Of a stretch of DNA of 64,000 bases, positions 53,661-64,000 are shown piece by piece; positions within the stretch are counted from its first letter, which is position 1; each line of letters begins with the position of its first letter. A program made the translations under genes and the position numbers. The notes under the pieces are model-generated. The model searched no databases. It saw nothing but the letters and a program-made list of their open reading frames with translations, and was not told the origin of the DNA. The stretch is from Octopus vulgaris (taxonomy: Eukaryota): contig OX597825.1 of NCBI GenBank assembly GCA_951406725.2, positions 82,770,001 to 82,834,000 of the forward strand, written 5' to 3'.

Positions 53661-56600
53661 ACGCTACAAACTCTTATTTCTAGCAATGCAAGTGTCTTGG
53701 TACCCTTAGTCACATTTCGTGACTAAGGGTGTTAGCAATATGAAACCATGAAATAATAAATCCCTCAGTGAAACAAATTAATGCTGTTCATCATGGATGT
53801 GATCGTATTTGTGTCTGATTTAATGAGTCCGATACATGAAAGCGAGGAAGGATAACGTATTATTGTTTCTGGTATTGTTAGAGCTCTGTGATCCTAGGAA
53901 TCATTAAGTGGTTTATTTTGTTCACAGTGTATCAAACAATCTGAGTGTGTGGACGTTTTTTTGATCTTCAGTTATCAGCTGATGATGTAAAATTTCCACA
54001 GTAGAAAAGGTAGCTTAAATAAAATATGTAATGGAAGTTGTAGCTTAAGTGAAATATTACGTTTAGCATAGAAATATGACTTGTGTTGTCAGTAGATAAG
54101 ATATGAGATATAAGGTGGGTGGAAGGCAGAAATGGTCGAGAATCTAACTAAGTACCTTGTCGTAGTTGAGTATGTCCAATCACCTCGTTTTTTAAATTCT
54201 TCTTTAGACATTTAAATTTCGTCATTCTGATTTATGAAATATATATGAAGTTACACATTGAATTGTGATTCATCGAAATTATAACAAATTCTGCACAATA
54301 CGTACTCATGCGTTCAAGATACGGGATGAAGAATAGGTTTTTACAAAATGTTTTTCTCATGCATGAACAAATAATTACTAATTAATGTTTTAATATTTAT
54401 CCTTCTTTTCTTAATTGCAAACGGTCCACTAAAACGAAGATTGGCACAAACATCTGATAGTCAAACTATAACAGGAAAAGGAACTAACGATTATCTAAGA
54501 TACCCAGAACGCCATAATACCATGTGGGATCTATTTTATCTTAGAAAATCCCTTCATGATCCATATTATGTAGACGGAATTCTGTAAGCATTCTGAACAT
54601 CCATTGCATTTCCAAATAAAAACAAACAAACAAACATACGAAAATAAAGCAAAATAGAAGCTTTTAGTTATTGGTGCTCAGAATACATTCGAGGACGTTT
54701 TTGTTGAGAAATATACGGACAACGAGTTCACGGTTTTCGTATTTAAGGATTCTGTTTATATGAAGGTAGCGTAGCGTCAGAAGAATTCCTATTAAGAAAT
54801 AAAAACAATCCACGGTGGTTCTGTGATACCATCTGTTGAAAGGTAATGTGTAATGTCATTTCTAAGAGTTCAATGCATTTATTCTATTGCAAGCTGACAA
54901 TTAGAGAAAATTAAAAACACCGTTATTTGCAGCTGAAAGATAAAAGTTCAGAAAATAGCATTTTTCTCAGATGGGTTCGAACTTGACATAATGAAAGAAG
55001 AAATAATGTTTTAATAGAAATAGAGTAAAATAAAATATACAAAAAAGAATAAAATAAAATCTATCAATAAAACATCTAAAATGGCGTTTAATGCTTTTAC
55101 AATTTATATTTCTATATTAATGTCGCAGCAACAAGAAAAAACAAACGAAAACTTGTATGTAAACTTTATACAGCAATTTCGAAAATAATTATTACTTGAA
55201 ATAACTAACACTTGTTATGTGGTTTCTGGAATTAAATACAAACAAAATAAAATAAGAAACCTTACGCAACAATTATTTATAATTGAAAGGAATTGTTAAC
55301 CGAGGAATACAACTTCAAACATATTTTGTTCTCGTTTAATTTTTCTCTTTCAATGTGTATGACGAAGTGGAAGACTTGGCTATATTGCAGATGATGTCAA
55401 TGGTAAAAGATTTAGTGATGAAAAGCTTCTCTGAAAAGTGTTTTTAAAACTAATTTCGTGTTGTGATACTAATGCTCAATACTACTTGTATGAGCGGCGG
55501 TAGCGTTGGTGGTAGCAGTAGCGAGAGTAAGAGTAACAATAAGAGAAGGGGCATTAGTTGTTGTAGCACCAGTTGCAGTTCTAGTAGTAGCTGTATCTCC
55601 AGTAGCTGTGGTAGTAGCAGCAATGTTAGTAGAAGAGATAGCGAGGTCATAGTATTCTTTAGCCATGGATCAAATGTTGTCAGCCACCGGTGAGAGATTA
55701 GAACACTATTATAAGAATATAACTCACAGTTCGTACCTACAAGATAGGAAATACATCCTTAAAGATATTCTTATAAATCCTGATATTATCCGGAAACGAT
55801 GGCGCAGGTTTTTTGAAATGCTCCTTAAACTGCATGTGCAAATTTGAATCGAGCTGCTGGTATAGCCTTATTATTGTATTCTCTGCATTTAGTGCACTAT
55901 TTTTGGTACAGAACATGACAATATATGCAGTTGCCCAAGCCTCAGATGCAAAATTTACTTAACGATATTAGATTCCGTAATATGCTGTCCTGTTTCAAAA
56001 ATAACCAGATCTAAAGGGAGGATTTCGAGTGGACTAAATGTATTCGAATGTACGAAACCACAATGGGTCTGATGTATTGGCCTATTTCTTTTGTCAGACA
56101 GAAAAAACAATGTGATTAAACACAGACAGAAGGTGAAAATATACACAATACGTAATTTAGAATGCTTGTTTGCATTGCTGGTCCCGTATAAAACAGATGT
56201 TAGACAGTGAGACAGAAGGATTGGAAGTGGAAACACTATATGAGTGACAGTGATGGGAAACTGGGTGAGATGGGGAGGAGATTGAATGAGAAACAGAGAA
56301 ATAGTATAAATAATGAGAGAGAAATATTGATTTGAAGAAAACGGAACAATGACAAACAGAGGGTGGGAAGAGAAGAATACCAGGCGAAGAAAATGAGCGG
56401 TAATGGAAATCAGAGAGGAGATGAGGATCTCACAATACTAGCCTCTGTATATGTATATATGTATAGAGCGAAGCGTACTTAGAAATACATTATCATTTCT
56501 GTAGATTTTGAACATCTTCCACTTGCTTCATACCGTTTTTCCTTCCCTTTAATAAAAGGTTTTCATGCGAGACGTGAAATAGTTTCTTCTTTCTTACTCG

Positions 56601-58498
56601 TATTTATTTCCATTGCACATTTTCCGTTCTATTTTTTCGCGTGGCATTGGTACTATTTTCCTACCACGTGTTCTCTTAAATCATTTCACGCGCTGTATTG
56701 ATGAGATATATATTTTCTTTACCTACATCCTTACGTAGACGCAAATAAGGATGAAGCTACTTTCTGGATTTACCACAAAAACAACGAAAACATCCTCTAA
56801 CGATTATGCCATAATAAATTATATATCTGATATCCAGCACCCATCATATTGTTTGAGGTTGAACTTTTGTGTGTTGATTCTTGCAAAGCAAATTTTCGTT
56901 TGATTCTGATATGCCATGGTAAAATTTGCCATCGATTTCAATGGTTCCACTGCAATAGAAAGAAGTAAATACATAAGAATTAGTCTCAGTACAGTAAAAC
57001 TATTCGTAAATTAATATTTAACGCAAAATAATTAACGTATTTGAAATCACGACTGTTTTATTTTCGAATAGCTCTGAGGTAACTTGACGTAAAATCAATT
57101 CAATTATTAAAAGTTCAGTATTTGGTTACTAAAGTTCGAATCATGCGTCTTATCTAATGTTGGAGAGTTATTTTTAAATCTATATTTCGAACAGAAATAT
57201 TTTGCTTTTTTACGTATTTTCATCTTTGATTATAACATTATCGAAATGGAGCTATTCCTGCCTGGAATATTGTTTTCATCCGATACAAATCAAACTAATC
57301 ACAGCAACTTTTGATGTAACTTTAGAAAGTTCGTTTAACTATATTCCTAGAATATTGGAAACTTCATTTATTTTGAAATTTAATGAGTGATTATCCAAAA
57401 TAGGAAGCTGCTAAAGTTCTTGTCTTTTATTTGTTATACTTTTTTTCAATTACATTTTATTGGATAAATTAAAAATACATTGTGTTACAGCAGAGTTGAA
57501 GAAAGGAATTTTCGTGATATTTTAGTACAGCGCCATACTATAACAGTTCACATAGCTATTGATTTTAGCGTTATACATATACTGTACAATGTTTTCAACA
57601 TCCATTTTACGCAATTGACTTATGATAAATTAGTGTCCTTTTGTTTCAATGATTTTTATTATATTTTCGCATAGTCTTTCATTGATATTTGATATTTCAC
57701 TACCTTTAGAATTACTTACTGCTCAGTGAGTCTCCTGCAGATTGTAATATCGTATTTTGCAGTGTTTCTCTGCAACTGATCAAAACCTTTTCCCCGACTA
57801 AAATGTCAGTCGATGATGACGGCTATATTCTCAGACGTAGCAACAACAACAGCAGCAACTACAACAATGATAATGAACAGAATAATTTGAAAATATATCG
57901 TTATTTTCCCTGTCAAAGTAATATAAATTGATTGTATTTATTTGAATAATTATCGACTAAAATTAACAATCAGTCTATTTTTCTAAGACACCTTATCTAA
58001 GAAGTGTTATGAAATCATAGAGAGGAATTATATTTAATTCGTGCGTACCTAGTTGCCCTTTCAAACGCTGAACTCTATTATTTTCCAAATATCAGTAATA
58101 CATGTAAACAACGTACAAAATTTTGATATTTACCAGAATATGCATGACGTAATTGTAGTTAGTCTGTACTCATTCTTGCTACAATCTCCAACGAATATTC
58201 ATAACTTCGAAAATAGAGAAGGTATGACTGTCGGTTAAAAGTTTGTTTTGCAACCACATGGATTCAAGTTCAATGTTCCCGCAGGACATTTAAAGCCATT
58301 TCCTCGACTACTGTCTCGAGGCAAGCAATGCCTTGTGAGATGGAAGATGGACACAGTGTCAAGGCCAATACATACGTAAAAAATGGATCTACAAATTCAA
58401 TATCCCTACATATCTCTCATCTATTTTCTTTCCTCCACCTCATTCTTTATTTTCTAACCTATCTAAATTAATTATTACTTAACCATCCTCTCACACAC

Positions 58499-58620
58499 TC
58501 TCCGATGAATTAATATAATTAATAAATATCTTGGAAACAGGTGTAAGACCTTCTATATATAAATGTTCTAATATCTACACAGCCTTGGTTTTTATCTCAT
58601 TATGCAATAAATTCTTTTAT
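58499..58620 (+). mobile_element. Penelope-like terminal remnant with degenerate hammerhead
   Basis: tct-CCGATGA-[AT-rich stem]-GAAAC-AGGT-GTA-aga (58499-58548), then AATAAA and (TA)n. Confidence 0.5.
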
Positions 58621-58632
58621 ATATATACATAT

Positions 58633-58664
<32 letters not shown>

Positions 58665-58744
58665 GTATATATATGTGTGTAAATGTATGCGTATATACAT
58701 GCAAAAACACACACATAGGCATATATGTATATATACGTACGTAC

Positions 58745-58784
<40 letters not shown>

Positions 58785-58788
58785 ACAT

Positions 58789-58842
<54 letters not shown>

Positions 58843-59072
58843 GTTATTAAAATTATAAATTAGGGTATTTACGAGATACCACCACGCTGAAAATAGCAGC
58901 CATGATCTGACTCTAAAACCAGCAATTGTCCATATATCAACACGGAGAGATAACAAAGAGAAAAGATGAAACTAGTAAAATATTACTGGATAATTCTACA
59001 TCCCGGATTTCTGATTTTGCATTTATTAATGCTTTGACCCGTCAGTAGAAAACACACAGAAGAGAAACATAA

Positions 59073-59122
<50 letters not shown>

Positions 59123-59449
59123 GCATATCTTTATATGTATATAGAATTATGTGTCTCTGTGTGTGTGTCCCTGTGTGTGTCTGTCTGTGTCTGTGCATAT
59201 GCGTGGCTCTGAGAGAGGTCGATTTGCTCAACTAAACCGGCAACATGGTGCTCCAGTATGGCCCAGCCCAATAACTAAAACATCTAAAAGAGTAAATACA
59301 GATGCAAACGAACACAAGAGGTGATTATTTTAAATTTCTCCTATGTTAATTTTACAATAATAAACATTATTTTACCTTCCTTTTGTATTAGAAATTTCTT
59401 AGTATATTTCAGATAATTCTGTTTTCATTGCTTTTGAAGCAATAATTTT

Positions 59450-59950
59450 TCCTGCAGATTTTGACAATAAAGCATTTCTTTTTTTGCAATAATTTTCCAT
59501 AAATACTTTCTTCCTTTGGATAAGTTTCAGTTTCGGCGATATTGTATGTTCTACTGCCTCATTATACTTCACACCAATCACGGTAAACTAACGAATACGT
59601 TTATATACGCGTTCCGTCGCGAGTGATATCCTATTTCTGATTTTCTGCCATATCTCTCCAGAATAAATCTGGAACCATTCCAAACTGTCAAGATCTTACT
59701 ATCTTTGAAAAGGTTCCACCCAGTGAATAAGCAAACGTTTCACATTTAATTCAAATCAGCAAATATTTGAAATTTGATCAAACAACTCTTTTTTTTCCTT
59801 CTTCTGTCAAATATGTTGTTATGAATTCTTAACCTTCTTTTCATTTCCAAGTCAGCTCTTCGTGTTTTCGTTCTCTTCGGATTTTCCTTCCATTTCCGCT
59901 AATGTTTTCTTTAACCTTTTGATCGCCCTATCTTTTTTCTTCATGCTTAA
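59450..59950 (-). pseudogene. Very old RTE-like LINE relic
   Basis: Fragments ETFAY / LGGT / SKDSK and RNRISLA resemble the RTE FxYLG..ISKDG...EIxxRIxxA region; frames are broken. Confidence 0.35.
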
Positions 59951-59975
59951 ATAAATGTTTGCCTCATTTCTATGT

Positions 59976-59976
<1 letters not shown>

Positions 59977-60028
<52 letters not shown>

Positions 60029-60225
60029 GCCATTGTCATTAGCACCATTATTATTATAACTATTTTATCATTGCTGTAATTATCATCATCATCGTCATCC
60101 TCATCCTCATCGTCGTCGTCGTCATCAACATCTTCATTATAATTATTATCATTGTTGTTGTTGTTATTGTTGTTGTTGTCATTATTATTAATGTATTATT
60201 ATTATTATTGTTATTATTATTATTA

Positions 60226-60272
<47 letters not shown>

Positions 60273-60285
60273 TTTTTTTTTTTTT
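59977..60285. repeat. (TAC)n, (CAT)n, (TTG)n, (TTA)n compound microsatellite
   Basis: Direct reading. Confidence 0.97.
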
Positions 60286-61623
60286 ATCATTACTCTGGGC
60301 CTGTGTCGTTTACTATTTGCATTTATATATACATATATATATTTTTTGTACATTTATTTATTTTTCTTTTTTGCATCCGACGAGAAACTATATTATTCCT
60401 GTCTCTGTCTCCTATTCCTAAGATTTCTTTTCATTTATTTAATTCCTAATTTTATTTTCTGTGACAGAGTTACAATACATGATTGAACCGTCAAATGAGA
60501 ATGTAATGGCGACTATAAATTACATTTTATTACAGTTTTTGTTTTCTTTTCGGCCATTAATCATACACGTGTGATGTCATTGCTTTCAGATATAGGAAAT
60601 AATGTTTCAAAAACAAAGAGCTCCTTCAGTGTTATTAGACAATTAGAGCGACATAAATAATCGACTATTGGTTTATTTTTTTTACTGGTTACGACCATTA
60701 TTCTGTGGCCAGGCTGGAGCATATCCTTTTGTCTAGGCTTTTGTCGTCTGCATCGCACCCGTACCTATATCTACTACTTACTATGTTTTATCAACATCGT
60801 GTTTATCTTATCGATCAGTGTATTTCGAATTAGTAAAGTGACCCTGAACCTGAACTTGGTATGTGTAAATGAAATACAGGCATACCTCAGCTTACGTCGG
60901 TAATTGGTTCCAAAACATACGACTTTGCTTCGAAAACGACGTAACTGGAAAACCATTTTAAAATTTGATTGTCTCATATCGGTTTTAATAAATGTTTTGT
61001 ACAAATTTTCAGAAGTATTTCATCCAATAATTCACTTTGGTATTTGCTTCTAGGTATTTTCTTTTAAATGTGTATGTTCTTAAATGTTATGTTCTTAAAG
61101 ACCGACAGAAAGTCAAATAAATTGACTGAGATTTATTTACTGCGGTAATGTTAAAAAAGTCGTTACTCGAAAATTTTGTACGAGATTCAGGTTTGACTGC
61201 CATTTTCTGCTAAATAAAAGCGCCAAATTTTACACATTTTCAAAATATCTGATCCATTTGGTTCTCTTGGATTAGGCTTCGTTCTTTATTCTTGTGTTGC
61301 CTAAGAGGTGAAAATATACCAGTAAGATTCTTCCTTATAAAAGGTATACGAATCATCTCGCTAAAACTATGTTTCAGAAAGATTCAGATGAAATAATTCT
61401 CATATTTACAATGAATCCATAATTTGCCTTTACAATTAGAAAGAAAAATCTGAAAAGAATAAAGGACAAATCAGGAGGTAGCGTGCAACGAGTGAAGCAC
61501 GTGGGAAGGTTTTCTGATGTTTCTTATGAAATTTTGTTGGTGAATGCTTTCCGATAATCACTGGTGAATTATCTTAATTCTTTTTCTAAATTTTTCAAAT
61601 TCTAAATGTAATTTAGAGGCAAC

Positions 61624-61676
<53 letters not shown>

Positions 61677-62099
61677 TGGAGTGACAGGCATTCTCTGGTA
61701 TAGAATACATTTCGTAATGCTCAAGAGATTTGAACTTGAAGAGCTAGAGGAGTAAATATAAGGCCAACCAAGTTAGGCAAATCAATATGCAAAAAATATT
61801 TAATGCATGTAAATCAAAAAATTATATATGTCTACAATAAACATTACATATGTCTATAAAAAGTCCGACTTAGAGAGACGAGAAATGATATCAAGAATGA
61901 TACAGAACGAGTCGACTTATCTCTGACGAACATCCCCTTTTACCATTCACGAATTACCTGAACTTTTGCCAAAAGCTGAAACCAACATATACATACATAC
62001 ATTAAGACATATATACTATCAACGGACCACGCCTTATTTAGCAGTAACGCTAGCCGGACATATGATGTAATTTATATGTCTTGCAAAAAACTTGCACAT

Positions 62100-62560
62100 G
62101 CAAGTGCTAGCAGTTAAAAGCTCCGTATACCGGAAGCTAGCAAGTGTATGGGATCATCAGGAGAGAATGCGCGCCGTTTCGGGGCCTACCTCTCGACGGC
62201 ATCACTGATATGAGGCCCCGCTTGCTAGATTTACGCCTGATTTGAATATCCTTCGTATCCTTCGATTCTCTCAGCATCATGACCGTCCGTATCTTCTCCA
62301 GCTTATATATTTCGACTATTGATGCTATTGGTAGCTGCAATGAACCTCTTTTACGATAAAGAGCTGAGCTGTTCAACATACGAGGTAGGCCTAGCCACTT
62401 TCTAATGAACACATTACATCTTTGTTCAATCCTTTCAACTCGTGACAATGCTACTTCGTATATTACTAGTGGCCACGCAAGTCGCGGGTACAAGCCGAAC
62501 TACAAGCACCAAATTTTATATTTACCTGGTAACTTCGAATTATCAATCGCTGATATCCTT
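62100..62560 (-). pseudogene. HERO-like (R2-group, REL-endonuclease class) non-LTR retrotransposon fragment, internally deleted
   Basis: AIDNSKLPGKYKIWCL*FGLYPRLAWPLVIYEVALSRVERIEQRCNVFIRKWLGLPRMLNSSALY..GSLQLPIASIVEIYK...RESKD matches the post-RT region I recognise from HERO-clade ORFs. It is joined directly to a structured 3' end. Confidence 0.8.
62137..62228 (-). ncRNA. Non-circularly permuted (pseudoknotted) hammerhead ribozyme candidate
   Basis: All core nucleotides are present (GUC, GAAA, CUGAUGA), with four perfect helices: GCCGU/ACGGC, GAGAG/CUCUC, GGGGCCU/AGGCCCC, CUAGCAAG/CUUGCUAG. Confidence 0.65.
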
Positions 62561-63724
62561 AGTCTGCATTTATTTCCAAACTGATGTGTGTCTGTATTTC
62601 ACTGCGTGGAACTGCTGAGTCATCATTTCTGTATATACCTGAGAAACAGGGGCTGTGCATATCTTGAGGGAATAAGTGCTGGACATCATCATGACGTCAC
62701 GGACGTTAGCTTTTTATGACTTGCGTCCAGTAGAGGCATTGAACAGAGGATATCATGTCTTCATGTAGTGCATAGATACTACAGAATATAAAACATATCG
62801 ACAGCAAAGCAATTAGTGCGAGGAACATACATCTACAATTTTGCCTTGTTGTAAATAATTCGAGCAGTGTACATGCCAAAGCAAATTATATAACAGCGAA
62901 ACAATTGAGATAATTTAGAAATGTAATAATCCCCGTATAATAATTGAAAGTTTTATAATGTTTTCTAAATAATTCTTCTTCCTAATAGCAACTACATTTT
63001 AGTTATAACATACAACCGGAATGTTGAAACTAATGAGAAATATATAGCATTCGTTTTCATTCGGTAATCATTCCGGTTATCACTGAACATTTATGGATAA
63101 CTAGCAAACAATTGCACTGAATATATACAGCAGTAAATACAGATATGAACTTAAAAGAAGCATTAGTAAATACAATTACGATATATCGTACGTAGACATT
63201 CTTTTAATATTCTACAAATATTTGAATCTACACTTAAATAGGCAGTCTATATGGAAATTTGTGTATCAGTAATATAAGAGGAAAATGAATAAGATATATT
63301 CAAAAGATTACATCAGGAAGCCTATATTGGTTAGCTCATACACAGACACACACTCCCTCTCGTCATCTCTCCTTCTCTCCCTTTCTTTCAGACACACACA
63401 CACAAATGTATATGTGTATGTTTGAGTATTTGTTGGTGTTGGTGGAACCGTTGCAAACACATCAATTATTCAGTAGTTAGTGAACTTCTGATAACTGAAG
63501 CAAATTCACTTCATTCTACTTAATATTTCTAATATGAAATGAAAGGTTACTACCCAAACGTTCATACTAGACATGATGCTACGAAGGAGCTTTCATATTG
63601 TTGTCGGGCTTCTCAAAAGACATAATCGATAAAATTTCAAATTAAACTATACTTTCTTACAATGAAAGAACGTGTACAGCCTGTGTGAATGCGCATGTAT
63701 GTGTGGGAATGTGTGTACATATAT

Positions 63725-63925
63725 TCTTTCACTTGTTTCAGTCATTTTGACTGCGGCCATGCCGGAGCAGCGCCTTTAGTCGAGCAAGTCGACTCCAGCA
63801 CTGATTCATTGTAAGGTTAGCACATATTCTATCTCTTTTTTTGTCAAAAGCGCTAAGTTACAGGGACATAAACAAACCAGCCTCGGTTGTCAAGCGATGT
63901 TGAGGGAAGCAAACACTGGCACACA
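63725..63925 (-). mobile_element. SINE family A, 3' half
   Basis: cttgtttcagtcattttgactgcggccatgc.ggagca.cgcctttagtcgagcaa...ggttgtcaagcgatg. Confidence 0.85.
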
Positions 63926-63929
63926 CGTT

Positions 63930-63983
<54 letters not shown>

Positions 63984-64000
63984 GTATATATACATATATA

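Noticed and set aside
55740-55850. DIIRKRWRRFFEMLL, similar to the RTE LINE linker motif
   Set aside because: One short motif only; plausible but not supportable without a search.
62565-62640. Minus-strand acceptor gtttctcAG followed by a short open frame (IYRNDDSAVPRSEIQTHISLEINAD*)
   Set aside because: No homology recognised; such sites arise often by chance.

Overview
AT-rich, repeat-saturated eukaryotic DNA, intronic or intergenic. The SINE families and microsatellite load point to a coleoid cephalopod, most likely Octopus (inferred from repeat content only). I can support no intact protein-coding gene, rRNA, tRNA gene or CRISPR array. Nearly all listed ORFs are translations of (TA)n, (CA)n, (TATG)n or (GAA)n tracts. 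The window holds: at least four tRNA-derived SINE families (about 45 copies, some nested or tandem with clear TSDs); decayed Tc1/mariner pieces and MITEs; Helentron-type non-autonomous elements; LINE relics (CR1-like, L1/Tx1-like, RTE-like, HERO-like); and many short fold-back elements beside TA microsatellites. Two RNA-level signals stand out. (1) The 3' end of a HERO-like retroelement (62137-62228, minus strand) has a complete hammerhead ribozyme core with four perfect helices whose strands are in a non-circularly permuted, pseudoknotted order. (2) A set of Penelope-like fold-back remnants carries minimal type I hammerheads; the best is a perfect 135-bp palindrome at 35441-35575. All structures were paired by eye and no database search was possible.
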